Source: an uncultured Lentisphaeraceae bacterium (GTDB taxonomy: Bacteria; Verrucomicrobiota; Kiritimatiellia; RFP12; UBA1067). From it: a stretch of 64,000 nucleotides of DNA. This document shows, piece by piece, positions 23,507-36,000 of the stretch (the first letter of the stretch is position 1; every line of letters starts with the position of its first letter). The stretch is taken from positions 31,271 through 95,270 of the forward strand of contig CAYZYQ010000001.1 of assembly GCA_964482645.1 (NCBI GenBank). The letters run 5' to 3'. The notes under the pieces were generated by a model, which made no database searches, was not told where the DNA came from, and worked only from the letters and a program-made list of their open reading frames with translations. Made by a program: the position numbers and the translations under genes.

Positions 23507-23558
23507 ACGATTTTGTCCGCTCACGGACAGATAAAGAAAACAAACAAGGAGTGAATTG

Positions 23559-24461
23559 ATGAATCTCTCAAGACGTGCGTTTCTGGGTTCGATGGCTGCG
23601 GCGGGTGCCGCGTCCGTTCTGCCGGCGGGTTGCGCCACCATGTGCTGTGGCAAGGGGAAGGTCGGCCAGCTGGCCGTCCAGCTCTACTCCATCCGCGACT
23701 ACATCGGCGGCAAGAAGAAAGTGGGGCTCGCACAGTCGCTCAAGGACGTGGCCGCGCTCGGCTACAAGGGCGTTGAGTTCGCCGGCTACTACGGCAACGA
23801 CGCCAAGACGCTCAAGGCGATGCTGGACGACGCGGGTCTCGTGGCGTGTGGTACGCACGTGGGCCGCGATGCGTTCTCCCCGGCGAACGTCGCCAAGACG
23901 TGCGAGTTCAACCTCGCCTACGGCAACAACCTCATCATCTGCCCCGGCGGCGGCAACTTCCCTGGCAAGGGCCAGAACCTCGACGACTTCCTGAAGATGC
24001 TTGTGGATTACTACAACAAGGCGGCCGAGGATGCCGCCAAGTTTGGTTGCAAGATCGGTCTGCACAACCACACGCAGGAATTCACGATGAAGATGAAGGA
24101 TGGGACCACGTACTGGGACTACTTCTTCTCGAACACGCATCCGAACGTCTGCATGGAACAGGACGTCGGCTGGACGACCTGTGCGGGCAGCGATCCGTGC
24201 GAGCAGTATAAGAAGTATCCGCACCGTTCGCCCACGCTCCACGCGAAGGAGAACGGTATGGGCGCCGGTGTCAAGACGTTCGACGCGATTCTCGGCCAGC
24301 CCGGCAAGCCGGGCGCCAAGGGCGTGGAATGGGATCGTCTCTTCCCCGTCACGGACGCGGACGGCGTCAAGTGGTACGTTGTCGAGTGCGAGCGTCACTG
24401 CGACAGCTTCGACGCCATCAAGCCCTCGATCGAGTTCCTGAAGTCCAAGGGCCGCGGTTGA
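23559..24461 (+). CDS. Tat-secreted sugar phosphate isomerase/epimerase (xylose-isomerase-like TIM barrel)
   Basis: SRRAFLGSMAAAGAA Tat signal; LAVQLYSIRD...GYKGVEF motif typical of the family; AAGGAG RBS. Confidence 0.8.
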   Translation: MNLSRRAFLGSMAAAGAASVLPAGCATMCCGKGKVGQLAVQLYSIRDYIGGKKKVGLAQSLKDVAALGYKGVEFAGYYGNDAKTLKAMLDDAGLVACGTHVGRDAFSPANVAKTCEFNLAYGNNLIICPGGGNFPGKGQNLDDFLKMLVDYYNKAAEDAAKFGCKIGLHNHTQEFTMKMKDGTTYWDYFFSNTHPNVCMEQDVGWTTCAGSDPCEQYKKYPHRSPTLHAKENGMGAGVKTFDAILGQPGKPGAKGVEWDRLFPVTDADGVKWYVVECERHCDSFDAIKPSIEFLKSKGRG

Positions 24462-24553
24462 TTCCCACAGGCCATGATTTCGCTGGCGGGGCGTGGTCGT
24501 CTAGACCATCCGCCCCGTCACGGAAAAGCGGCCGTTCATTCAAGGATTAGAAC

Positions 24554-26086
<1,533 letters not shown>

Positions 26087-26119
26087 CATTCCCCTCGCGT
26101 GAATGGCATATCACGAAGA

Positions 26120-26152
26120 GGCCGTCCTCCTGTGAGGGCGGCCTTTTCGTTT
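26120..26152 (+). terminator. rho-independent terminator after oxidoreductase gene
   Basis: GGCCGTCCTC ctgt GAGGGCGGCC then TTTTCGTTT. Confidence 0.5.
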
Positions 26153-26196
26153 AAAATGACACCACCCGTTGACGCGGAATGCCGGAGGATGGTAGA

Positions 26197-28002
26197 ATGG
26201 CAATCATGGAACGGCGACTGAAAATACCCTACGGCATCAAGGACTTCAAGCGCATTCGCAACGAAGGCTACTATTACGTCGACAAAACGGCCTATATTCG
26301 GCGGATGGAGGAGCGTGACAGCTTCGTCTTCTTCGTGCGCCCCCGCCGCATGGGGAAGTCCCTCTTCGTCGAGACGCTGCGCTGCTACTACGACGTCAAC
26401 GAGAAGGCGAATTTCAAGAAGCTCTTTGGCGGCCTCGACATCGGCGAGAACCCGACGGAGAACGCGAACAAGTATCTCGTGCTCGCGCTCGACTTCTCGT
26501 TGGTGGACAGGGGTAGCGGAATGGCGCTTGAGGAGCGCTTCGAGCGCTACCTCTCCACGCAGTTCAACGCATTCCTGTACGCCTACGCGGAGTTGTTCGG
26601 GCCGGAATTCGTGGAACGTCTGTTGGAGCGGAACGCCGTCGACAAGTTCAACGAGATCGTCTCGCGGACGCGTCTGCGCGGCCGCGAAATCTACCTCGTC
26701 ATCGACGAGTACGACAACTTCACGAACACGATGATGCGCGACGAGGCGGATTCCGACTACCGGTCCGTCACGCACGGGGCAGGGTTCTACCGCAACTGGT
26801 TCAAGGCGTTCAAGGAAGGCTGTTCGCGGATTTTCATGACGGGCGTTTCGCCCGTGACGATGGACGACCTGACGAGCGGGTTCAACATCGCCGCCAACCT
26901 CACGCAGGACGAGGAGTTCAACGCGATGGCGGGCTTCTCCGAGGCCGAGGTCGTGAAGATGTATTCCGACTTCAAGGGAACGGGGCGTTTCACGAACGGC
27001 GACCCGGCGGCGATCGTAAAGGCGATCAAGCCGTGGTACGACGGCTACTGTTTCTCGACGGCCTGCATCGGGAAGGAGTGCGTGTTCAACAGCGACATGG
27101 CGCTCTACTACCTGAAGGCGCTCGTCGCGAAGGGCGAGCCGCCGGAGAACATGGTGGACGTCAACATCAAGACGGACTACGAGAAGCTGAAAATCATCGC
27201 CGACATCCAGCGGCGGCAGTGTGGCGGCGTCAGCGCCGCTTCCTCCCCCGAGACGGCCGCCGACCCCGCCGTCGCCGAGGGCGTGCTGCCGGTCACGGAG
27301 CAGCTCGCCGCGACGGGCGAGATCTCCTTCGACCTCGTCGAGAGCTTCCCGGCCGACAAGATCTCCGACCTCGCGAACTTCCACTCGCTCTTCCACTACT
27401 ACGGCATCGTCTCGATGCAGGGGCGGCGCGAGGGGCAGACCGTTTTCAAAATCCCGAACGTCTGCGTCCGCCGCCAGCTCTTCGACTACCTGCGCGACGC
27501 CTACCGCCGGACGCGGACGCCGGACTGGATGGAATGGTCGCGTCTCGCCTCCGCGTTCGCCTACCGGGGCGAGTACGAGCCGTTCCTCCGCCGCCTCGCG
27601 CAGGACTACGCGGAGACGACGCCCGTGCGCGGCGGTCTCCAGGGCGAGATCCGCGTGCAGGGCTACATGCAGGCGGAGTTCGGGCACCTGAAGTTCTACC
27701 TCCTCGCGCCGGAGATGGAGCTCGCGCGCGGGTTCTGCGACTTCTGCCTCTTCCCCGAGCGCGTCCACTACGGCGACGCCTCGCACAGCTACCTCGTCGA
27801 ACTGAAATACGCGGGCAAGGACGCGACGGACGAAGAGATGGCCGCGAAGGTCGACGAGGCGAAGGCGCAGCTGGCGAAGTACCGCGCCGACCGCGCCGTC
27901 CCGTCGCTCGCGCGGGGCACGACGCTCCACCAGATCGTCTACGTCTTCCGGGGCGCGGAACTGCACACGCTCGAAGAAATCGCCTGTGAGCAGATGCCAT
28001 AG
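26197..28002 (+). CDS. AAA-ATPase-like domain protein with C-terminal PD-(D/E)xK nuclease-like domain (PF09820/PF08011-type)
   Basis: N-terminus LKIPYGIKDFKRIRNEGYYYVDKTAYI...FFVRPRRMGKSLF is the hallmark of the predicted-AAA-ATPase family; C-terminal FCDFCLFP...YLVELKYAGK matches the PD-(D/E)xK nuclease motif. Confidence 0.75.
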   Translation: MAIMERRLKIPYGIKDFKRIRNEGYYYVDKTAYIRRMEERDSFVFFVRPRRMGKSLFVETLRCYYDVNEKANFKKLFGGLDIGENPTENANKYLVLALDFSLVDRGSGMALEERFERYLSTQFNAFLYAYAELFGPEFVERLLERNAVDKFNEIVSRTRLRGREIYLVIDEYDNFTNTMMRDEADSDYRSVTHGAGFYRNWFKAFKEGCSRIFMTGVSPVTMDDLTSGFNIAANLTQDEEFNAMAGFSEAEVVKMYSDFKGTGRFTNGDPAAIVKAIKPWYDGYCFSTACIGKECVFNSDMALYYLKALVAKGEPPENMVDVNIKTDYEKLKIIADIQRRQCGGVSAASSPETAADPAVAEGVLPVTEQLAATGEISFDLVESFPADKISDLANFHSLFHYYGIVSMQGRREGQTVFKIPNVCVRRQLFDYLRDAYRRTRTPDWMEWSRLASAFAYRGEYEPFLRRLAQDYAETTPVRGGLQGEIRVQGYMQAEFGHLKFYLLAPEMELARGFCDFCLFPERVHYGDASHSYLVELKYAGKDATDEEMAAKVDEAKAQLAKYRADRAVPSLARGTTLHQIVYVFRGAELHTLEEIACEQMP

Positions 28003-28081
28003 GACGTTTGGGGGACTCTCAAGGGGAATTGTGGTTGTAAAAAAAAAAGGAGTAAAAGTGTAAACATCTCTCCGTTCGGGT

Positions 28082-28113
28082 TTGACAGAAAGAAAAAAAA
28101 AATGGTTATAATA
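28082..28113 (+). promoter_or_regulatory. strong sigma70-like promoter candidate
   Basis: TTGACA - 18 nt A-rich spacer - TATAAT in AT-rich intergenic region upstream of ATG 28170. Confidence 0.45.
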
Positions 28114-28169
28114 GCCCTATTCTGCATGGAGTGGTTTCGTGCGGACGTCAAATCGAACGGAGTTGAAAC

Positions 28170-30851
28170 ATGGGCAAAATGTACAGGCGGGTTGCGGATT
28201 GGCGCACGGTTCTGGTCGCAGGTTTGTGGATGGTGGCGGGGAGTGTTTCTGCCATATCCTTTCCGGAGGTCGTGGACGGTACGATCACACTCGACGTCGC
28301 GGCGGGCGTCACGAACACGTACAACGCGGTTCTGCCGAACGTCGCGTCCGTCGTCAAGACCGGCGCCGGTTGTGCGGTTCTCGCGGCCGCGTCGTCGTCC
28401 TTCACGGGGCAGGTCGACGTTCGCGACGGAACGCTTCGGCTGACCCACATCGATGCTGTCGGGTCAAGCCGCGCCGACGGTACGACGGGCAAGCTCGCCG
28501 TCACGGGCGACGCCGCTACGCTCCATCTCAATTTCCCCGCGCCGAGTGGGGCACACCAGGGGACGACGTTTTTTGCGGGGCATGACATCACGATCCGCGG
28601 CAAGGGTGTGGACGGGAAGGGGACCCTGCGCTGGACGGATCCAAATAAGACGGACAGTATGTACGATAGCATGATCGACACGCTTACGTTGTCGGGAGAC
28701 GCCTACCTGTCCGTCACGCATCGCTACGGTTTCGCCAAGGCACTCAACCTCAACGGGCACGTCCTCACGCGCATTGATGGTGGCTCCCAGTGGATGTGGT
28801 ACAACGAGGCGTGTGTCATCGGCGCAGGCGTCGTCTCGAACGTCACGGGCACGATCACGTTCCAGAATACGCAAAAATTTGCCGATCCGGCCAACACGAC
28901 GCTCTACATGGCCGGCGGTACGCTGCACCTCTGGTCGGCGTTTCCTATTCCGTGCCGCGTCGTGATGTGCGGTGGTAAAGTCAGTGCAGGATCGTGGTGG
29001 AAGACGACGCCACGGCGGAATGTCTTCACCGGACCGTTTGAAGTCGTGAAGAACACAGCCATAGATGTGGGTGCCACGAACAGGGTGGTGGAACTTCTCG
29101 GTCCGACGACAGTGTCTGCCAATTTGACGGTCACGGGTTCAGGAACGCTTTATCTCGACGGTCCTTTTGAAATGTCGGCGGGAGATTTTTACGGGAACTG
29201 GGAGAGTCGGGTGGTTTGTAGTTCGAACGTCGTTCGCGCTTTGAGAGGGTTGGTATTGGCGGGCGGTCGTACGACGCGCTTCAATGTCTACGGCGGTGTG
29301 GTGACGAACACCATGTTACGTGTGGCGAATGGTGGCGGGTGGCGCAGTGTGCTTGTCCAAACGAATGGTGCGCTCGTCAACGCGGGTAATTCGTATGTGG
29401 GCGAAAGTACGGGGTCTTACGGCGCGTATCTGATGTCTGGCGGGGAGTCGATTATGAATTACGAATTGAATATTTGTGCTGCGACGAATTCCGAAGGTGT
29501 TGTTTGGCAGACAGGTGGTCGGATGCGGCTCGATCACGAATTTATCAGGATTGGCTGTTCCGGGCGTGGCTTCCTGGGCGTCTTCAACGGCGCGACGAAT
29601 GACACGTGGGTGAGCAAGTATGGTGGCCAGACACGTTTACATTTGGGTAACCAGGCTACCGGACGGGGAACGCTTGTCGTCTCTGGCACGGGATCGGTCG
29701 TGCAGACCGAATCGGTCGTCATGGGGTCGGCTGGCGTCGTTTCCACGAACCTCATCGTCGTTACAGACGGCGGCACGCTCAAGGCGCGTCGGTTCTACCG
29801 TGCCGAAAATACCGACGCCGAATCGGTAAACGAAGTCTACGTGGACGGTGGTATCATTATGCCGACGTTTCATGCAGGTTGGGGGCATGTGTCTCCCGGC
29901 GATGCGAGGTTCTTCCGTCGCAGTCCCGACCATTGGACGATTGGGCCGCGCGGCATGGCCGTAGATACGTCCGATTTGCTCGGCGAGAACGCGGAACATG
30001 TTGCCGAAACGGTCGACTTTCCCTATGCGCTGACGGACACGGCGGGGCGTGGCATTGCATCGATCGAATTGCCAACGGATGCAGCGTTTACGGCGGAGGT
30101 TTACTGCGGCCCCGCATTCGTGGACATCGAGGGGCAGGATGGGAGCTACGGTGCGGCGGCGATGGCCGCGTTCGATCCCGATACCTGCAAGCTGACGCAC
30201 GTCGTCGTGATGTCGCCTGGCTGTCGCTACGACGAAACGACGCGCGTCTACGTCCGCGCCGCCAAGGCGACGGGACGCTATGAATGCGCCTACACGCTGA
30301 CGGACGTCCGTTCGGGTGGCGTCCTCATCAAGCGCGGTTCCGGCACGTTCAAGGCCTATGGAACGAACGACTACACGGGTGGCACGGTCGTGGAGGGAGG
30401 GACGTTGCAGATGATCAACGCGACATCCTTCCCGTCGAACACGCCGCTCACAGTGAAAACGGGCGGGACGTTCAACAACAACGGCCGCGCATTGGTCGTC
30501 TCCACGCTGGGCGGCGTGGGCGGTACGGTGACGAGTTGCGGCAGGGACGTGACGGTGAACGCCGGGCTTGAAATCTCGGCGGCCGAACTCTATGCCGCGC
30601 CGGGTCCGCTCACGGTCAGGTCTGCCGTGGCGTTCGCCGACGGCGCGACGGTGCGCGTGACCGATCCCGAGAACCTTCCGCCGCATCGCCATGGGGCGAG
30701 CGTGGCGTTTCTCACGGCGACAGGCGGCTTCACGGGGACGATTCCGCGCCTGAATCTCGTTGACGAGACGGGCACGTCTTGGACGGTTTTCCGTCGTGGC
30801 GACGAATTGCGTCTCACGCCCGTGAACGGGACGCTGCTCATTCTCCGCTGA
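28170..30851 (+). CDS. large secreted protein with autotransporter-associated beta-strand repeats
   Basis: N-terminal signal sequence; recurring G(G)TL(R/Q)L repeat units (VRDGTLRLT, AGGTLHLW, VEGGTLQMIN, DGGTLKARR) typical of PATR/beta-helix adhesin-like proteins; 893 aa. Confidence 0.7.
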   Translation: MGKMYRRVADWRTVLVAGLWMVAGSVSAISFPEVVDGTITLDVAAGVTNTYNAVLPNVASVVKTGAGCAVLAAASSSFTGQVDVRDGTLRLTHIDAVGSSRADGTTGKLAVTGDAATLHLNFPAPSGAHQGTTFFAGHDITIRGKGVDGKGTLRWTDPNKTDSMYDSMIDTLTLSGDAYLSVTHRYGFAKALNLNGHVLTRIDGGSQWMWYNEACVIGAGVVSNVTGTITFQNTQKFADPANTTLYMAGGTLHLWSAFPIPCRVVMCGGKVSAGSWWKTTPRRNVFTGPFEVVKNTAIDVGATNRVVELLGPTTVSANLTVTGSGTLYLDGPFEMSAGDFYGNWESRVVCSSNVVRALRGLVLAGGRTTRFNVYGGVVTNTMLRVANGGGWRSVLVQTNGALVNAGNSYVGESTGSYGAYLMSGGESIMNYELNICAATNSEGVVWQTGGRMRLDHEFIRIGCSGRGFLGVFNGATNDTWVSKYGGQTRLHLGNQATGRGTLVVSGTGSVVQTESVVMGSAGVVSTNLIVVTDGGTLKARRFYRAENTDAESVNEVYVDGGIIMPTFHAGWGHVSPGDARFFRRSPDHWTIGPRGMAVDTSDLLGENAEHVAETVDFPYALTDTAGRGIASIELPTDAAFTAEVYCGPAFVDIEGQDGSYGAAAMAAFDPDTCKLTHVVVMSPGCRYDETTRVYVRAAKATGRYECAYTLTDVRSGGVLIKRGSGTFKAYGTNDYTGGTVVEGGTLQMINATSFPSNTPLTVKTGGTFNNNGRALVVSTLGGVGGTVTSCGRDVTVNAGLEISAAELYAAPGPLTVRSAVAFADGATVRVTDPENLPPHRHGASVAFLTATGGFTGTIPRLNLVDETGTSWTVFRRGDELRLTPVNGTLLILR

Positions 30852-30938
30852 CGCCTGTCGGCACGGCTGTGTTGACAGACGGGCGGACGATGGTGTAGAC
30901 TGCGCGGTCGTTTGAGTTGTTCAAAGGAAGCGGTTGCT

Positions 30939-31454
30939 ATGAAAGTCGTCATCATCGGTACGGGGTTGCTTGCGAACGTCCCGGCGGCTGCCGGGACCGG
31001 ACTCCCGCCGCCCGATACGTGGGAACTCGTATTGCGTCTATTGTTGGCGGGACTGCTCGGCACGTTGATCGGCGCGGAACGCGAGTACCGTGCGAAAGTG
31101 GCCGGGATGCGGACGCATCTGCTCGTCGCGCTCGGCGCCGCGCTGATGATGATCGTTTCGCAGTATGGGTTCGGCGGTTACGGCGATCCGTCCCGCGTGG
31201 CCGCGCAGATCGTGAGCGGCATCGGCTTCATCGGCGCGGGCGCAATCATGGTGAACAAACATGCCGTCCATGGTGTGACGACGGCCGCCGGGCTTTGGGT
31301 TTCCGCCGGCATCGGCATGGCCGTCGCGAGCGGCCTCTACGGTCTGAGCGTGGCGACGACGCTGTTCGCGCTCGTGGGGTTGGAGGCGTTTGGCCGCATC
31401 ATCCGCAAGTTGCGCGGCAAAGGTGCGCAGTCCACGCTGCCAGACGAGAATTGA
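30939..31454 (+). CDS. mgtC: MgtC/SapB family membrane protein
   Basis: LIGAEREYRAK...GIGFIGAGAI...GLWVSAGIGMAV conserved MgtC motifs; AGGAAG RBS. Confidence 0.85.
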   Translation: MKVVIIGTGLLANVPAAAGTGLPPPDTWELVLRLLLAGLLGTLIGAEREYRAKVAGMRTHLLVALGAALMMIVSQYGFGGYGDPSRVAAQIVSGIGFIGAGAIMVNKHAVHGVTTAAGLWVSAGIGMAVASGLYGLSVATTLFALVGLEAFGRIIRKLRGKGAQSTLPDEN

Positions 31455-32181
31455 CGCGGACGCTTCCGACGATGGCCGGTTCGTCTTGCGCGTCGCGCTG
31501 GCCGGGCGCGGGTTCGCCGCAAACGTCCACGCCGAGCAGGGTGCGATGGGCGGCCAGCGCGTCGAGGCGCGTGCGCAACGTGTCCCAGCCGACCGTACCC
31601 TGATCCCAGTTGACGGACACTTCCGCTGGATCAAGCACGTCCTTGTCGATGGAGAGGTAGACGGGTACGGGCGGCAGGGCGTCGAGCGCAGTTTGGAATC
31701 GTGCGGGATCGTCCTTCAACGTGGCTTCGTCGAGAAAGAATATGCGTTGTCGCAGCGGCGCGTCCACACCGTCGATGGCTTCGGTGGGCGGGCCGGCCAC
31801 GAGGATGGATTGGACGTGCGGGTTCGTCCGGGCGACGTACGCGATCCAGCCGCCGCACGAGAGGATGGAATCGCCCCAGGCGGGCGGTTGCGTGTCGGGA
31901 TGGTGGTCGAAGACGACGAGGTTGAACGGCGTATCGATTTTCTCCAGCCAGAACGCTGTGACGTAATGGTAGTTTCCCGAATCGAGGAAATGGAGGCCGT
32001 GTGGCGGGAAGGGGGCGAGTGCGTGGCGGAGGGCGGCGGTGCCGTCCGCGTCGCAATAACAGTCCGTTCCCATGAACGCACGGCAGTCGAGCCGGGTGAA
32101 AGGGCGTTCGGGGAGAAGCGGTGCGTCTGCGTAGACGCCCGAAAAATCCATGACGAGCGGAGGGGAGGCGAAGCGGTTCAT
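31399..32181 (-). CDS. arginase/deacetylase-fold family protein with non-canonical metal-site motifs
   Basis: Motifs LVVFDHHPDT (cf. DAHAD) and LSIDKDVLDP (cf. SxDxDxxDP); FLDSGNYHY in place of GGDHS; 3' end overlaps mgtC tail-to-tail by about 55 nt. Confidence 0.55.
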   Translation of the reverse strand: MNRFASPPLVMDFSGVYADAPLLPERPFTRLDCRAFMGTDCYCDADGTAALRHALAPFPPHGLHFLDSGNYHYVTAFWLEKIDTPFNLVVFDHHPDTQPPAWGDSILSCGGWIAYVARTNPHVQSILVAGPPTEAIDGVDAPLRQRIFFLDEATLKDDPARFQTALDALPPVPVYLSIDKDVLDPAEVSVNWDQGTVGWDTLRTRLDALAAHRTLLGVDVCGEPAPGQRDAQDEPAIVGSVRVNSRLAAWTAHLCRATCG

Positions 32182-32191
32182 GCGGGGCGAT

Positions 32192-32914
32192 TCAATGCGC
32201 GTAGATGAGATCAGCGGGTGGTTCGGCCAAAAATTCCAACGGCCGTCCCGTCACGGGATGCGGAAAGGAAAGACCGAGCGCGTGGAGGAGCGTCCGATGC
32301 GGACGCACGGCGAGGTGGCGGTCGCGCACGGGATCGCCGTAGAGCGCGTCGCCGACGACGGGATGCCCCAGATGGGCGGCATGGACGCGGATTTGGTGCG
32401 TCCGCCCCGTTTCGATACGGAACTCGACAAGCGCGAGCGGGCCTTGTTTCTGCAACGTTTCCCAGTGCGTGATGGCGCGGACACCGCCCGATTCGACGAC
32501 GGCCATGCGCCGAGCGTCCCAGTTCTTGCGTCCGATCAACGTATCGAGCGTTCCGTGGCGGGGATTTGGCGCCCCGTGGAGAACGGCCAGATACGTCTTG
32601 ACGATTTTCACGTGCCGCTCGAAGAGCGTCCGCAGTGCCCGATAGGCGCGGTTGGTCTTGGCCACGACCATCACGCCGCTCGTCTCCTGGTCGAGGCGAT
32701 GGACGATGCCCGGCCGCGCGACGCTCCCCACGCCGGCGAGGCGGGGGCAGTGGGCCAGCAGGGCGTTGACGAGCGTACCGGTCGGGTGGCCGGGCGCGGG
32801 GTGGACGATCATTCCGGCCGGTTTGTCCACGACAAGAATGTCGCCATCCTCGAAGAGAATGTCGATGGGAATTCGTTCAGGTTGGGGCACGGCGGGGACG
32901 TCGTTCGATTTCAT
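32192..32914 (-). CDS. RluA-family pseudouridine synthase
   Basis: HRLDQETSGVMVVAK catalytic-Asp motif, GRTHQIRVH motif; TATAAT immediately upstream of ATG 32914 (longer ORF to 32941 possible). Confidence 0.85.
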   Translation of the reverse strand: MKSNDVPAVPQPERIPIDILFEDGDILVVDKPAGMIVHPAPGHPTGTLVNALLAHCPRLAGVGSVARPGIVHRLDQETSGVMVVAKTNRAYRALRTLFERHVKIVKTYLAVLHGAPNPRHGTLDTLIGRKNWDARRMAVVESGGVRAITHWETLQKQGPLALVEFRIETGRTHQIRVHAAHLGHPVVGDALYGDPVRDRHLAVRPHRTLLHALGLSFPHPVTGRPLEFLAEPPADLIYAH

Positions 32915-33063
32915 GACGCAAATTATACCATACTGGCGCATGGCCGGCGCGATTCCGCGTGTTTGGGCTTGCCGATACGGGCGGGTTTACGCTAAAATGG
33001 CATCTCCGTTTTTTCGTCTTGCGGGAAAGACGGAAAACGAAACGTAAACGAGGAGACTTGAAC

Positions 33064-36000
33064 ATGAAGGGTAGGAAAATCGCGGTGTTCGCGTGCTGGG
33101 CCAAGCGTAGTCTGGGCGCGGGTTGTGTCGCGTGGGCGTTTGTCTGTGGTGGCGCGGACGGCGTGTCCTTCGATGCCCGGACGGGAGCGATGACCGTCGC
33201 GCAGGATGGCAGGACGCTTTGGACGAGCGGCGAACAGGGGCTGTGGCGGATCCACTTCCGCGACGGTTCAAGTCTGTCTGCGGCGGATTTCGCGACGAAT
33301 GGCGTCGCCGGTGGCGCATTCAAGATGACCGGCGATGGCGCGGACGTTCGGCTCGACTGGCGTTCGTCCCGCGCGGATGTGACGGTCGTCGCCGTGCCGT
33401 CCGCCGACGGTGTTGCATTCGATCTCCGCGCCGAAGTGACGCCGAAGACCGGCGAATCGCTGATGTTCGACTTCCCCGCGCGGCTGCGTTTTCCGGCGGA
33501 TGACGTGGCGGAATTCATTTATCCCGGTCGTGGCAATTCGGGTCTGGGACTCGCGTTCAACGCGAAGTACTTTCAGCCATCCCCGCCCGGTTCTCCCCGC
33601 AGTTGGAACGCGGTGCAGAAGGGCGGCGCCGGCTACGCCCGCCTCTACGGGCGCGGACTCAAAATGCAGCCGATGGACGCCGAACCCGTGCCGTTGCGGG
33701 TGACGGATGAAGGGCGAACTTGGTTTTCGTCGAACGCCGTCGCCCGCCTCGCCAAATGGAAGCGTCCCGTCATTCGACCGTCGGCTGCGGGGCAGTCAGA
33801 CCTCGTGCTGATCGATTCCGAGCTGGGGCCGTATCTGTCCGCCAAGCGTTTCGGCGGCACGGGCGCACTCTGGCGGTTTGGTGTGGCTGACGGGTCGTCG
33901 GCTTGGATGACCGTGCCGCCGGCGGAGACGTTCGCCGTCCGGCAGCTCCTGCCACGTTTGGCCGAACGGACGCCCGCGCGGCGGACGGTTGCGTTGATCG
34001 CGCTCGCGGGCGGTCCGAAGGTGGGCGGGTTCGTTCGCGCCACGGTGGACGACTGGCGGCGGGCGTTGCGGGCCGCGTTGCCGCGTGGTTGCGTCTACGA
34101 GGAACTGCGCACGGTTGCCGCCCTGCACCGCGCGCTGGCGTCGCAAGATCATCTCTTCATCCTCAATCCGTACGGCGAATTGTTCCCCGTCGACCGGGAG
34201 GAGAACTACGCGGCCGGACTCGATCGCGTCCGCGCTTACGTGCAGGCTGGCGGCAACTGGCTTGAGACGGGTGGTTATTCCTTCTATGCGGCGCTCGTCG
34301 GTGGACGCTACCACGCGATGACCGTCCCCTACCCGCCGCTGTTTGCGGACTTTGCGCAGTTGGCCACGTGCACGGGCGGCCGCGTGGCGCTTTACGGCGT
34401 CCAGCCGCGTCCACCGCACGAACCGTGGCAAAATCCCCGGCCGTTCATTCCTGGCGAGACGGGTGTGGGTGGCGACGACGCGGGCGGGTGGTACGTCCAT
34501 GCGTTCGCCGCGTACGCGAAGGCGGGCGAGACCGTGCGAACCCCGGCCGTGCGTGTGCGCGTGGGCGGGACACTCGACACGGCGCTGGCGGACTACGCCG
34601 CCGCGAACTCGTTCACGACGCCGCTCGCCGCGAAGTTCCGCGATTTGACCGTGCTGGAGAAATTCAAACGCGCCCCGTTGCTCCATCTCCATGCGACGGC
34701 GCAGGAGGCGAAGACGCTGCTGGACAATCTGCCCATTCCGACGCTCTACCATCCGTCGTGCTACCTCAAAGGCGGATTCGACAAGGAATATCCCGATCAT
34801 CTTCCGCCCAAAGCCTGGTACGGCACGCTGGCGGATTTGCAAGAACTCTACCGCGTTGCGCGGGCGAAGGGACATCTCGTGTCGCCCTACACGAATCCGA
34901 CGTGGTGGTGCGACCATCCGCGCGGGCCGTCCTTCCTCGCCGCCGGCGAGGCGCCGCTGGCCATCGGCCTCAACGGCAAGCCCTACTACGAACGCTACGC
35001 GAAGAACGACGGATGGAAGATCACCTTCTGGCATCCCGATGTCCAAAAGGCGAATCGCAAGACCGTCCGCGAGTTCACGCAGGACGCCCCCGTCGATCTG
35101 CTCTTCCAAGATCAGTGCGGCGCACGGACGTGGTGCTGGGACTTCAACGCGGCGTCGCCTTCGCCGATGGCCTACTTCGAGGGGATGCTGTCCATGAACG
35201 AGGAGGATTCGCGCGTCGTCCCGCTCGGCACGGAAGACGGCTGGGATCACTGCGCGAATTTGCAGGCGGCGATTTGCGGTTGCACGTGGCGGACCGTGCC
35301 GACGGAGGGCGGTCTGCAGCGGACGCTCTTCAAGGAGGAAATCGCGCCCGACAGTTGGCGCTTTGAGCCGATCGGTCTGCGTCTGTTCCACGACAAGTCG
35401 CTCTTCTACATGCACGACCTTGGCGCGTTCGTGACGAACGAGCGCGTCCTCTCCTGGATGTTCGCGTTTGGCTACAACCTTTCGTTGGCCGGATCGGCAA
35501 AGGATTTCGCGCCCGGTACGCCGCGTCGCATCTGGTACGATTGGCTGCACGTCCTTCAGTCACAAGTTGTCTCGCGGATTGCCGGGCAGCCGCTCGTGCG
35601 TTTCCACCATGACCGTGCGCCGCTTCTGGCGCGGGCGGGCTTCGATCCGACGGACAAGACGGACGATGGTGTGGTGACGGCGCAGTGGGGCGACGTGTCC
35701 GTCGTCGCCAACCTTGGCGACATCCCGCGCGCGGTAGCCGGGCGGCGGCTTGCGCCCTACGGCTGGTGGATCGAGGGGCCGGGGTTGACGGCCGGTTACC
35801 TGGAAGGGGCGCGTCCTTTCGTCGAGACGTCTGCCGGTCGCTGGGTCTACGCGGAAGACCCGGCGTTTGCGCCCGTTCATCCGTCGCCAGCCGAACGGAC
35901 GCAACCGGCGAGTGTGCGGCCCGATGCGCCGCGCACGGTCGGCGTCATCGATTTTGGGCCGGGTCTTCGCGCGGCCTGGACGAAATGTTCGCCGGGTGAC

